This document shows positions 41,701-51,656 of a DNA stretch of 64,000 bases, in pieces. The stretch is from Tubiluchus corallicola (Eukaryota > Animalia > Priapulida). The position numbers were made by a program, and so were the translations under genes. The notes under the pieces were generated by a model that had not been told where the DNA came from, made no database searches, and worked only from the letters and a program-made list of their open reading frames with translations. How positions within the stretch are numbered: position 1 is the first letter of the stretch; every line of letters begins with the position of its first letter. The stretch covers positions 1,302,180-1,366,179 of the forward strand of contig JAQGDQ010000005.1 of the NCBI GenBank assembly GCA_030141605.1, written 5' to 3'.

Positions 41701-44700
41701 GTTCTTAAATTAACAGCACTTCACTAAACAGCTAAAACATCAAGTGTTAAGAAAACTGGAATATAATTGTGTGTAGAGTGAATTTGTAAGAGATAAAGTT
41801 AGAGTCACACTGTAATAGTATATTTAGTACAAATAGCCTGTGATATTGTCATGGAATCTGATCAGGATTATCTTTCTTTCACGTCATCTACTGATGATGA
41901 GTGGTCATCAGCAGACGACTCGTAAGTGTAATTTGCGGCACAACTATTTCATTTCTTAATCAGCCATTCTAGTTCAAACACAAAAATGCAAGTTGCATCA
42001 TTACTTTGAATTCAAAGAGCTCTCAAAAGTGTAATTGAACAGTGTGCGTATTGCTGAATATGGATTCTTAAGAACAAATTTTCTTTTCAATTTGTGCACA
42101 TGAGTTTTTCCCAAATTCTCTTATATCAAAGTGTGTGGTGGCTTTGAAATGTAATTTTAGATTGGAACTGGCAGTAATTTCCATGTTGCAGCACTTGGTA
42201 ATTTCTAAATGTTTATTGAGCATGTTAAAAGTTTACTAGTTGGTTCAAAAAAACCTTGTCAAAAAATTCAGTTTCGTTGAAAACACACTCACGTAACTTA
42301 AACTGGTAACAGATGTTGTTTGTGTTCCTGAAGCTCTAGCCTCCATGCCTGACTTTGTCTGGATGAGCTTCGTTTGCTTCAAGTTGTTCACCTACTACCA
42401 AGATTTGTGCATTCTAACGAGAATAATTGGTTTCTGTGACCGAGCAAATTCTGAATCGAATCGACATGTAATCAGCATATTTTTTTTGTTTCTTGCAACT
42501 ATAATGGTGCAACTTTTGCTCAGCCATATTATAAGCAGTTTGCTTCATTTTGTGTCAATTGTTTTTTAGACCTGTATCGATGCCTGCAGAAATTGCTAAA
42601 ATAGAAAACTGCAATGAAAAAGGCAGCAAAACAGTTTATGCTGAACGACATCATCCCACAGCTCCGATCACTGATCAGGAGAGAGACGATGCAGACAGCT
42701 TAGGTCTAAGTTCTTCCATTGCTGAAAGGTGGGGATTTCTTTTGTCAATGCTTGTCGATTGTTTCAATTTGTTTTTTTTTTCAATAAAAATTATTTGCAT
42801 GTTGATCCCAGGACAAAGCAAATTTATTTGGCTACTTAAACAGGTTAGCTGCATTGCAAAAAGCAGGAGAAAGGGCATGGAAAAAGAGAGTTCCGGGCAA
42901 GGATATTGAGGTTGTCTCTTCAGATTCTGGCGATGAAATGGTTATCAAGTATAGAGATAAGGTTTGTGATTTCATTTGCAGAATTTATTTGTGAGCTTCT
43001 TTTTAGGGGATCTTATGACAATCTCTTAAAGCAGAAATATATTAATTTGTGTTTTGAAAATGTTATGAATTCATTTCAGGTTTCAACAACAACATATCTT
43101 CCTGTATCCACTCTGTTTGAGTTTATATATATAGTCACAGTTGTTTCAGTTATGTTTTTACACTCATGATTTTTACATATTCCTAAATATATGTTAATAT
43201 CATTTAGAAAGGAAAGCATCTCAAGCCAGAAAGGCCAAAAAGTTTGTCTGATCGGTTAATCGATTTGAATACATCGTCTGAAAAATGGCGCAATCGAGTG
43301 GGCGAGAAGGATGTTGAAAAATTTACTGTTGCGGGTAAAATGGGAGTTAAACAACCAGAGAGCCCTCTGGTGAAGGGAAAACAAACTCCAAAACGATCAC
43401 CAAAGCAGCAAGTGTATCGGAGCAAGACTGGTGAGTTACATCTACCTGTGTAAATTTTAACTACCAGTGTTATGTTTCCTAGATAGTGTGCTTGATGTGA
43501 TTGTCACCAAATTTAGTGTTTTTCTGCCAAACCTTTCCTAAGTAAGAGTTGCAAAATGTGGTTAAAAAACGGCTGTAGAATAAGTTACGTTGTTGATGAC
43601 ATTAGTGTATGCAGAGTATAGTGTGTAAATATTGCATTATGCTGTCTTATTTGTATACATGCTGTATAATCCTAGCAAAGTAAACAACACTGTATTAAAA
43701 TAGTAAATGCACGTCATATCAACAATAATCGTACATAAGCATTAAATTTAAAATAGGAAGATTATTGTTATCTGTACAGTACAATTTCTAAAAGATCTGT
43801 TATGTAGTTTTGATCAATTAAATAGTAGTTAAACAAATTATTCACTGATGTCTTCATTCTAACAAGTTTTGTGATCTGATCAATTTCTTTTGAGGTGGTT
43901 ATAAAGGTAGTCATTGTCTTAATTTTAAATATTTTACCATTGCAGAAAAACACTGATAAGTACACAGTAGCATAACTATTTTTTGGTCTGCCATTTGAAG
44001 GTAAAATGCTTACGGGTTATGAATTACAGTTTTTAAACTGTTGTAAAACTGCCACAACTTGGTTGTAATTTATTTCTTCATAATTTTTTGCAAGTAAACA
44101 TGTCTGATTAACAATGGCACTTGCGGTTTTTCACACGAAAGATCTCTTTCTCTTATTACCCATAGGCCTCCCTGCAACTGTGTATTTATGCTATTGACCT
44201 TCTGTAAAATTAAAAGTGTTTTTCTTGCAGTGGATGGAGTAAACAATTTACAAAATACAAACACAAATTTAGTTGCAAGTTCAGAATTTTTGCTGTTTCA
44301 TATTTTCATTTCACATTCATTTCCGTACATGAAAATATCATATATGTATTGATATATCTTTTCTTGTGTATAGATACTAATTTAGAAGAAAAAGCTGCAG
44401 CTGCTAGAAGTATTTTAGGAAAAAGTTCTAGTTTTACTCCTGCTCATACATCCACACCTGTCAAATCTCAAATACAAGAACAATGTTGGGAAGAACGTGG
44501 AGAACCTGCAAGAGTTTGTGTGCCAACGACAGATGATGACGGCATTGAAAAATTCTTCACAACAAAATTTGACGTTGCTGCAAGTATTAGCGAAGATGTG
44601 GACTTTGATGCCGTGCTACCCACACAAACTGAGAAGTAAGTGCTGCATTTACACATCTGTGTCAGTGTTCACTGTTGTATAATTCTCAACAAACATTTAA

Positions 44701-47700
44701 CTGATTTGTGATTCTGCTATATAACAACAACTATCGATGTAAGTGTCATAATGTAACCAAAACATGCTGAACCAATGACTTGGTTAGTATTTGACCAAGA
44801 ATCTATTGCAGATGAAAAAATTTTTGGTAGGGTAAAATTGTTATTTGATAGCCTACGCACATACATATTTTGGAAAAACCTGAGCACTGTTTGCTTGCAT
44901 ATATAATATATTCAAAGAGTTAGCTAGAGAGGATATTGACCACAGTGTGCAAATGTGTAATTTCATCAGTACTAGTGGGCTTGTTGAGTAGTGTTTGAGT
45001 TGATTGTATTGTGAAGTGACTGTATTGATAATTGTTGGTTAATTCGGCTATTTTCCATTTGACAATTATTTCTAGACTGTCTCAGTTAAGATCTGTAAAA
45101 CCCGCCCGACGAAAAGCTGGAAGCAAAAATCCTTTGCGGGCTTTGGCAGCTAGAAGTGATTTACGTGATACGTATTGTGAAGACAGTACAGGTATTGCAG
45201 ACAGAGAAATGAAGAGACTAAATAAGGAGAAAAGTAAGTTAGTTTTAATTAGAAAACATTACACTATATTGAAGAAAGTTATTCTGTTTCCTAGTCAAAT
45301 TATTGTTTTGTAATTGGTGTCTGCTATAATTTTATAGTTTATCTATAACCACTAATAGTGCACCACCAGTTATAAAAGTTTTTACTTCTATTAACTTTGA
45401 AGTAAAATTTGATTATTTCAGTAGCAAAAAGTTCGGGGCTGGCAGAGTCTGCACTTGCTGGTCTCGCGAGTACAGAAAATTTTAGCAATGTAAGTTTGAG
45501 AGAAGCAGCCAAATTTCCCAAGGCTGCATTAGTCGGTGGATATCTTCCCTATTTAGATGTCATGCTACTGCAGATTAAAGGTAAAGTCAAATAAACTATA
45601 AGTAAATGTCAATTTAGTTCCATCAAGTTTTTAATAATTTATATATAGATTTATGAACATTTTCTAAGCATTTTTTTGTTTTTTAATTTAAGACAATGTT
45701 TGTTTGTAGGTCGCAGGCATGTTCAGACAAGGCTTGTTGAGCCAAGCGCCAAGTCACTTAATCATGGCGATTGCTTTATTCTTGTCACACCCGAGACAGT
45801 CTTTCAGTGGATGGGCGAATTCAGCAATGTTATAGAGAGAAGTAAGGTAAGATGATGTTGTTTCTTTTTTGCAGTTGTATTAGTCTAAATTTGACGTGGC
45901 AGTTTGAAACCCTTCTACTGTTTGAACATTGTTGTTCTAGCGTATTTTATTACTTCGCAGGCAGCTGATATTGCGCAAACAATAAGAGATAAAAAAGACC
46001 TGAGTTTCACAAGCATGTCTAATATCATTGTTATTGATGAGAACTCACTTCAATCTAGTTCTGCAAATGAATTCTGGAAAATTCTTCAAGGATCTCCTAG
46101 TGATGTAGCAAGTGAGTTTCAGATTATTAGTTAGTTGATTAGTTAGTTTGTTTATTTATTTATTGACATTAATACAGGGAAAATATACTATAAAATTAAC
46201 ACTTACTATAAATCTTACAAAAAATGTCCATCTTATATACTATAGAGTTAGAGCGCATAACAAACCAAATTTTATCATTTAAATAAATTCAAAACTCAAT
46301 TTGTTGAATTCATTAAATTAAAGATATTATTAAAGGTATCACAGCTATTTTGAATGCCTTTTACTTTTTCGTTTGTGTTTTCCTTCTAAAAACTGGATTG
46401 AAATTGCTTCGCTCTTACTGTTCAAGTAAAAAGTAAAGACCTTTTTATTAAAGCTGTCATAATGTTCTTGTTGCAGGAGAAGGACAACCAGACGAAGATG
46501 ACACATTTGAACAAAAAATAGTGGATACTAATGTAATATATAAAGTAGAAATTAACAAATTAATACCATATGATGAATACTGGGGGCTGATACCAAAGCA
46601 CACAATGCTGAAGAAGACAGAGGTTGGTTGTTTAGCTAATTTTTGCTGTTTTTGAAGAAAAAACATAAATGACAATAGAGAGATATTTATAAACTAGGTG
46701 ATTTTGTGATGATAACTTTAGTGTCTAATTAGAGTAATGAGTTCAAAATGGGATCATTTGTTAGCCTTTACTTTTTTGTAGTATTAGCTAGTGATGAAAG
46801 AATTTTTCGTCTGTTTTAGATTCTGGTGTTCGATTTTGGTTCAGAAATGTATGTATGGCAGGGAAGACAGTGCAACTCGAAATTGCGCAAATCTAGTGTT
46901 GCACTTGCACGCGAGTTGTGGGAAGAAAAATTTGATTATTCAAACTGTGATATAAATCCAATTTATCCAAAAGGTAAACAATTTTTTATTTATTGAGTTA
47001 ATAATTTAACCATATTGCATATACTGGTGATAAACTTATTTTCCATAATTTTACAAGTAATTTTGGACTTTATTTGACAGAGTTTACAGCTCAGGGGAGT
47101 AGACCAAAGTGGGCTTTATTTGCAAAAATCAACCAGAACATGGAAAATATTCTGTTTAGAGAAAAGTTCCTGGACTGGCCAGATGATTCCCGATTAATCA
47201 AAGGCAAGTTAGGAAAGGATATTAGCAAAAAAGAGGCAAGTCCTATTGGATCTAAAACAATTCTTAGAATAATAAGTAAATGCATTTGCTAAAATACAAA
47301 TACGTGTTTGCACCTGAAATTTTTTTATGCATAGCTAATCGTCTTAAAGCATAACACTGGAAAATGTTATTGTACAGAAGTATGTTGTAAAAATTGTTTA
47401 AAAAGATTCTTAGTTGGCTATTTTAATTAAGATTATAACCTGTAATGCAATGGTTTTGTTTGCAACTTAAATTTAATTAAAGGTAAAATTATGTGCCTTT
47501 GTATTTCAGTTTGAAAATCTTGTGCCATGTGATGCTAAATCAATGCTTGATGCCTGTCAGACAGAGCCGGATATCATCCTGGAGCAATCTCATTTAGGTC
47601 GTGGCATTCAGTGGCGAGATGAAGGAGAAATGAGAAACTATGCTATTCTAACGCAGGGCATAGAAGTATGGCATGTGATGGAATATGACAGAATTAATTT

Positions 47701-50700
47701 ACAAGTGGAAAACTTTGGGCAGTTTCACTCTGGTGATACGTATGTGATACGATGGCAGTATCAAATTGCCCAAGTCAGTAAGTAATTGATCTTTTTTCCC
47801 ATCTTTGTAGTTTAAAAGGTTTGTAGTTCGTGAGTCATTATCACCATTTCATTTTCGATCTTGCGTTTTATCTCTTCATACTAAAATACTTAATTAATTA
47901 TTATTAGAATTACCTATATGCAGTACTCGAATTGTAAATTTTTTACAGGATATATTACATATTGCAGAGACTAGCAACATAGCTAGAGGATCTCTGGAAG
48001 TGCTGTAAGCTGGTAGCGCCTGAAGCAAATTTTGTGGGCTTACCCCGTCTAGTGCAAAATTCAAACATACTTCTCTGCATATTAATTAATTATAGAATAA
48101 TTAATAAAAATTGATACATACAAAATAAGTTATGCGATGATGGGTACTATTTGACTGCTGCAACGCGGAAAATTTTGACCACGGTTTAATTGTGGGAATT
48201 TTTATGCAAACTTACTATTTATGCTGAATTTTTTTACTTCTTATACTGCAGGGGAAACTAATAATATGTTTACAATTATTTTTTAACAGTTTATAAGCCT
48301 ACACCGTACACTTCCATATACGTTCAATTTGATCACTGCCTAATACATAAGTTTTACTAATGCTCTGAACTAATTCAATTGAAGGTCGAAGCATCAGAGG
48401 AGGTAACCAGTCACGCCACTCAAAAGTTGGGCGGGAACGGTGTGCCTATTTTTTTTGGCAAGGGTCGAAATCTGCCCTCACTGATCAAGGTGCTTCAGCT
48501 CTTATGACTGTTGAACTTGACGAAGAGATGGGCCCTCAGGTAAGAAGCTGCAGTTTTGTTCTTTCATCGATAAATATTTCTGTTTCAATTGTGTTTGGTC
48601 ATTTTCAAGTCTGATAAAAATGTGGTGTTCATGAAAAATTCTAATATGCAATAAGTACTACTTGCTAGAAAGTGTACTTTTCTGTGTTCCGCCTTGTGTT
48701 TTTAAGTGGCTTTGATGCTCTGCTTAGTAATGATGTTTTTTAAATAACATCTTTGAACTTCTTGGTGGCATTTGTTTTGTTTTTCACTTGAAAGTACAGA
48801 ATTATTTCTGTAGTGAAAATTAATGAATGTCAAATTTCTACTCAATTTTTATTGCGACATTCTTAATTAATTTGTTGAGTACTTTGGCAGATTCAAGTTC
48901 TAGAAGGAAAGGAACCGCCATGTTTTTGTAATCTCTGGGAAGGTGGAATGATCATTCACCGTGGTAAGCGAGAAGAGGCAGAGTCGTGCACTCAGGGAAA
49001 CTGGACTTTTTACGCGGTCCGAGGAGAAATGGAAAAGGAAGTCTGTCTGTACGAAGTTGAGAAACATGTAAAAAGCTTACGCAGTCGAACCTCATTTGTT
49101 CTAGTGAACAAAGAGGACGGGGAGGTATATATATGGCATGGCTGCAAGTCGAAAACCTATTCAAGAAGAGCGGCTTTGGCAGCGGTCCGGAAACTTGTAA
49201 AGAGGTACAGTAAATATGAAAATAGCTTTTGCATTTAAAATCTTATATTCTCAAAAATTTGGTGAATGAATGATACACTGTGAACATAATTTCTTACTGC
49301 AATCATAAGCATATCATAATTCATTTTGTAAAAAGGTTGAGAACATAAAATTTAAAAACACTAAGTGTACTAAAATGTGATTTAATTTTTTATATTTCAT
49401 TGTCCTAGATACAAACTAATTGAATCACATGCCATATAAATTAATTTATTCTTCAGAAAAACTAATAATCTCAGGAACTGACTGCCCATTGTTTTGCTGT
49501 TAACCTGACCAAGGCATTTAAGCCTAAGAAAAGTGTCTGAAATGTGCTCAATAAACTACTTAACACGGAGTAAATTAAACCTATGATAAAACTTTGAATG
49601 ATGCATACATCATTGATAGAACATATACATTTGAATGAATAGTTATTTTGTAACTGAATGCTGGTCCTAGCTTGGCAAGCTTGTGCATGTAAAAGCTTTT
49701 TTTCTTACTTTGATGGAATATTGATTATTTCAGAGCAGTTCTGAAGCAACATGCTGTAAAGCATAAATAATTGTAATCCATTTTTGCAAATTTTTTTCAA
49801 CAGTTACAACATTTTTGTGCTAATGTGCATTTATATTAATAGATGATAATTTTTTGGTTTTCTGGTTAGGCGGCCATTGGAAGTTGGTTTTGGAGTTGAA
49901 GAAAGTGAAGAAATTGACATCTATGAAACAGAAGAAGGCTCGGAAGATCCGGATTTCATTGACGCTATTGGTTCCGGAGATCGAGAACTTTATGATTCTT
50001 TATTAAATGATCCTGATCCATATGATAATTTATGCAGGCTCTTTGAAATGAGTAGCGTCTCTGGCACATTCAAAGCAAATGAAATGTTGAATCCATGTCG
50101 GAATCCCAAGCTTCCGTCACCATTTCCATTTCTCCAAGAGGACCTGTATAAATCTGATCAGCCAGGTATATCAAAGAATAATGCGTCAATATCTGACAAA
50201 CCAGTTTTAGTGTTACCTTTTATCAAGAAAGTTTCATCTGTATCACAAACTAGCCAAGATTATTTTAGATTTAACAAACATATAAAGATGAATTTGGCAA
50301 ACTGGTATCTTTTTACTAACTGTTGCCAGCTGTAATAACTGATGAATGTGTTTTCTAGGTTGCATGGAAATTTTCTGGAGACGATCTAGTCTGGTTCTAT
50401 TTGCATATATATTTTTCTCTTAAACTTTGCTAATAGCCTGATGGTGTTTTTTCTTTTTCTAATTTTAAAGGGCTCTTCATGTTAGATGCAGGGAATATTG
50501 TTTATCTATGGCAAGGTTGGTGGCCAGATGGAACTGACGACACAGAGAATGTTGTTACAGGTTCTGGAAAGCAGAGATTTTCTATTGACCAGAGATGCGC
50601 CATGCAGACAACTCTAAACTATTGCAAAGGTAGGACATTGTTTGAATAAGTAATTTTTGTATTTTCAGTTTTTGTTATTGATTCTCAGTCAGTTAAATTC

Positions 50701-51656
50701 TGTTGACATTTCAATTAAATTTGATTCTCATTTGTTTGTTTAGAAAAATTTTTGAAGTACGAAAACAAGCAAGCACGTCTTGTTCTTGCGGGCTGCGAGC
50801 CCTTGAAGTTTAAGAATTTATTTCCTTTTTGGACTGATGCATCAGATGACATACTGAATAGCAACAAACTGGTAAGTGAGGTCGACACAAACTCGCAATT
50901 GAAATTTAAAGTTTGCTAAAGAATGCGTCAGATATTTAGAATTATTTTATTTTCAAATTATGAAGTTTCAAAAGATAAGATACACTTTTGGCTGTAACTT
51001 GCATTACACCCAAATTAGGTAAAAGATGCCTTAATAAAACAGCAATTAATGCTTTATTTCGATTTAAAACTTTGCAGCTTGCCTACAAATGGTAAAAACA
51101 AATTGGTTTTGTTTGTGAAAATGCTCGTAATTTGCTCTGCTGAACTTTGTTAATTTGACATTACATGCGACTAATAAGGTTTCATATATTTCTGTTTGGC
51201 AATACAAAAAAGAACTGGCTCCTACTGATGATACATTATTCTACAAGGAATTTTCTGTTTAGGCGTACAGCCAGTACACACTGGAATATGGTGAAATCAT
51301 ACCAATACAAGATGTTTTGGACTCACTGTCATGCACTCAATATAGTCTGGAACGACTAAGGCAGCGTCCTTTACCCGAAGGTGTTGATCCTAAAAAATTG
51401 GAATCTTACTTATCTCCCATAGAATTTGAGGTAAGTGCACTAACATTTAGTTGATAGATTTTGTTCAACCATCAGTGACTGGCTCATTTACATATTGAAT
51501 CAGTGACATGTGAATTTTTACTGTAATTTATCCATTGTTTTATTAACATGAAATTAATTATTTTAGCAAAACCTAAAAATGACAAAGGAGGAATTTTATT
51601 CTCTGCCCGATTGGAAACGAACGCAGCTAAAGCAGAAAATAGTTGGCATTTTCTAA
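764..51656 (+). CDS. SVIL: Supervillin (villin/gelsolin family) multi-exon gene, 5'-partial; 33 chained exons
   Basis: Supervillin-specific motifs: [36 protein letters not shown]...[31 protein letters not shown] headpiece, plus N-terminal RxxTQPVT and [21 protein letters not shown]. All introns are phase-consistent (GT-AG, one GC-AG). Confidence 0.95.
1380..1688. mobile_element. Decayed MITE-like element with GACTYGGACTC subterminal repeats
   Basis: cggtgttgcagtactcg at one end and gactcgagtctaacactg at the other form an imperfect inverted pair; repeated gacttg/gactcg motifs. Confidence 0.35.
4291..4329 (+). CDS. SVIL: SVIL candidate 39-nt microexon ([13 protein letters not shown])
   Basis: tgtacag| acceptor, c|gtaagt donor, symmetric phase 1-1, open frame. 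Confidence 0.55.
4620..6950. mobile_element. Foldback-like long imperfect inverted repeat with modular subrepeats
   Basis: About 4715-4785 is the reverse complement of about 6351-6418; about 5337-5370 pairs with about 5510-5540; centre near 5440; a tggcctagaa module recurs at about 5867, 6045, 6218, 6528 and 6873. Confidence 0.75.
6960..7560 (-). mobile_element. Possible decayed non-LTR retrotransposon ORF1 fragment
   Basis: Interrupted, A-rich, coding-like stretch on the - strand with a FKI...MW pattern reminiscent of CR1/Jockey ORF1; weak. Confidence 0.25.
8280..8430. repeat. Degenerate trinucleotide repeat (ATR/ACA/GCA)
   Basis: gataatgataatgatagcaacaacac... periodicity. Confidence 0.7.
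9633..9768 (+). CDS. SVIL: Candidate alternative first coding exon of SVIL with hydrophobic N-terminal segment
   Basis: atcATGG Kozak; [29 protein letters not shown]...HR; AG|gtaatc donor in phase 1, matching the acceptors at 17049 and 18207. Confidence 0.5.
11978..12093. repeat. Degenerate (GAT/GAC/AAT)n repeat
   Basis: gatgatgatggtgat...gacgacgacgatgac. Confidence 0.75.
13002..13189. repeat. Tandem duplication, ~103-bp period, 2 copies
   Basis: ctactcttaaa...gtgaaagaattattaccacacaaacacagtttc occurs twice. Confidence 0.85.
13900..14640 (+). mobile_element. CR1-clade LINE ORF2 3' remnant (degenerate)
   Basis: [35 protein letters not shown] and LENVQRxFTR motifs, broken by stops and frameshifts. 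Confidence 0.85.
15330..16334. mobile_element. Non-autonomous hAT-type DNA transposon (1005 bp)
   Basis: Perfect 14-bp TIRs CAGGGGTGTGCAAA / TTTGCACACCCCTG; perfect 8-bp TSD GTGTAGGA at 15322-15329 and 16335-16342; subterminal GGGCCGCA repeats. Confidence 0.92.
15823..15968. mobile_element. Palindromic MITE-like hairpin nested in the hAT element
   Basis: ttggtctgcccagccgtccttttggtcat...cattttgacttgg pairs with ccaagtcaaaatg...atgaccaagaagacgactggacagatcaa. Confidence 0.7.
17049..17222 (+). CDS. SVIL: SVIL exon
   Basis: ttttctttcag| and a|gtaagt, phase 1-1, open frame. Confidence 0.75.
17323..17515. repeat. (TAC)n microsatellite with TGC/TAT flanks
   Basis: Near-perfect TAC run at 17353-17436. 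Confidence 0.95.
17668..17700. repeat. (TA)n microsatellite
   Basis: Direct observation. Confidence 0.95.
17792..18010. mobile_element. Possible Harbinger-type MITE (decayed)
   Basis: ggcgtattcagactag and ctggtgtgaaggcact form imperfect inverted ends; internal gttcacac/actcgcaa repeats. Confidence 0.35.
18207..20149 (+). CDS. SVIL: SVIL giant exon (Lys/Glu/Ser-rich, low complexity)
   Basis: 667-aa ORF; tttttcatag| acceptor in phase 1; cag|gtaact donor in phase 0 (alternative donor 20188|gttagt). Confidence 0.85.
21136..22910 (+). CDS. SVIL: SVIL giant exon with SILK/GILK motifs and four tandem repeats
   Basis: 616-aa ORF; gtcag| acceptor in phase 0; ag|gtaaat donor in phase 2. Confidence 0.9.
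23281..23478 (+). CDS. SVIL: SVIL exon (RYRTQPVT motif)
   Basis: tttcag| and ag|gtactt, phase 2-2; supervillin TQPVT motif. Confidence 0.9.
25201..25374 (+). CDS. SVIL: SVIL exon
   Basis: tatag| and cg|gtaatt, phase 2-2. Confidence 0.8.
25470..26125 (-). mobile_element. LINE ORF2 3' remnant with CCHC-type tail (RTEX-like)
   Basis: [15 protein letters not shown]...ICSYC...ENELHFVIK...YNDLR, followed by an (AATA)n-like tail near 25470; clade assignment from memory. Confidence 0.8.
26759..26927 (+). CDS. SVIL: SVIL exon (RYKTLPVT motif)
   Basis: ctag| and aag|gtaaac, phase 2-0. Confidence 0.85.
27253..27418 (+). CDS. SVIL: SVIL exon ([11 protein letters not shown] motif)
   Basis: catag| and g|gtaatg, phase 0-1. 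Confidence 0.85.
27991..28215 (+). CDS. SVIL: SVIL exon (RAATQPVT motif)
   Basis: ttatctag| and g|gtaccg, phase 1-1. Confidence 0.85.
29169..29456 (+). CDS. SVIL: SVIL exon ([17 protein letters not shown])
   Basis: ggcag| and g|gtaagt, phase 1-1. Confidence 0.88.
30293..30454 (+). CDS. SVIL: SVIL exon
   Basis: aatag| and a|gtaagt, phase 1-1, open frame [16 protein letters not shown]... Confidence 0.8.
31668..31683 (+). CDS. SVIL: Candidate alternative first exon coding part (MTILT-)
   Basis: caacATG, CAG|gtatgt donor in phase 1; TCAGT Inr-like motif at 31586 with no intervening ATG. Confidence 0.4.
37845..37999 (+). CDS. SVIL: SVIL exon
   Basis: Strong polypyrimidine tract with tttcag|, aaa|gtatga, phase 1-0. 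Confidence 0.8.
38218..38279 (+). CDS. SVIL: SVIL small exon
   Basis: ttaacag| and ag|gtatac, phase 0-2. Confidence 0.7.
40187..40517. repeat. Tandem repeat, ~110-bp unit, 3 copies
   Basis: ctgtttaat...atgtaatttagaacaagtcccaaagagag...ctgcccgtgttt occurs three times with divergence. Confidence 0.9.
41851..41921 (+). CDS. SVIL: Candidate alternative first (or cassette, from 41837) exon [24 protein letters not shown]
   Basis: gtcATGG Kozak; tc|gtaagt donor in phase 2 matching the acceptor at 42570. Confidence 0.5.
42570..42728 (+). CDS. SVIL: SVIL exon
   Basis: tttttag| and ag|gtgggg, phase 2-2; ends SSSIAER. Confidence 0.85.
42844..42961 (+). CDS. SVIL: SVIL exon ([16 protein letters not shown])
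   Basis: Matches the supervillin SIxERLALLKKSGEEDWxxR-type motif; phase 2-0. Confidence 0.88.
43208..43430 (+). CDS. SVIL: SVIL exon ([19 protein letters not shown])
   Basis: Conserved supervillin motif; tttag| and g|gtgagt. Confidence 0.92.
44374..44635 (+). CDS. SVIL: SVIL exon
   Basis: tatag| and aa|gtaagt, phase 1-2. Confidence 0.88.
45076..45233 (+). CDS. SVIL: SVIL exon ([15 protein letters not shown])
   Basis: Conserved supervillin motif; phase 2-1. Confidence 0.93.
45422..45580 (+). CDS. SVIL: SVIL exon ([17 protein letters not shown]...LLQIKG)
   Basis: Conserved supervillin motif; phase 1-1. Confidence 0.95.
45710..45846 (+). CDS. SVIL: SVIL exon, gelsolin repeat ([12 protein letters not shown]...GDCFIL)
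   Basis: Hallmark sequence; tgtag| and aag|gtaaga. Confidence 0.96.
45961..46111 (+). CDS. SVIL: SVIL exon, gelsolin repeat
   Basis: cgcag| and a|gtgagt; FWKILQG. Confidence 0.92.
46477..46622 (+). CDS. SVIL: SVIL exon
   Basis: ttgcag| and gag|gttggt; PDEDDTFE...YWGLIP. Confidence 0.92.
46820..46973 (+). CDS. SVIL: SVIL exon ([15 protein letters not shown])
   Basis: Hallmark gelsolin repeat; phase 0-1. Confidence 0.95.
47081..47235 (+). CDS. SVIL: SVIL exon (RPKWALF...LFREKFLDW), GC donor
   Basis: Conserved motif; the only phase-0 donor I found is gag|gcaagt. Confidence 0.88.
47510..47777 (+). CDS. SVIL: SVIL exon ([13 protein letters not shown])
   Basis: Gelsolin repeat hallmark; phase 0-1. 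Confidence 0.95.
48385..48539 (+). CDS. SVIL: SVIL exon (YFFWQG...[11 protein letters not shown])
   Basis: Hallmark motif; aag| acceptor, cag|gtaaga donor. Confidence 0.93.
48891..49204 (+). CDS. SVIL: SVIL exon (GKEPPCF...SLRSRTSF...IWHGCK)
   Basis: Hallmark motifs; phase 0-2. Confidence 0.95.
49870..50165 (+). CDS. SVIL: SVIL exon (PFLQEDLY...QP)
   Basis: Hallmark motif; phase 2-1. Confidence 0.95.
50471..50629 (+). CDS. SVIL: SVIL exon (VYLWQGWWP...[10 protein letters not shown])
   Basis: Hallmark motif; phase 1-1. Confidence 0.95.
50744..50871 (+). CDS. SVIL: SVIL exon ([15 protein letters not shown])
   Basis: Hallmark motif; phase 1-0. Confidence 0.95.
51263..51430 (+). CDS. SVIL: SVIL exon, villin headpiece N-part
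   Basis: [22 protein letters not shown]; gag|gtaagt. Confidence 0.95.
51567..51656 (+). CDS. SVIL: SVIL last coding exon, headpiece C-part
   Basis: [29 protein letters not shown] then TAA. Confidence 0.93.
   Translation, partial: QNLKMTKEEFYSLPDWKRTQLKQKIVGIF

Noticed and set aside
44231-44278. Possible cassette exon after a strong tttcttgcag acceptor
   Set aside because: The only phase-compatible donor (a|gttcag) is poor; the chain 43430->44374 works without it
51010-51019. CArG box CCAAATTAGG (another at about 57307)
   Set aside because: Expected by chance in AT-rich DNA and far from any candidate SVIL promoter
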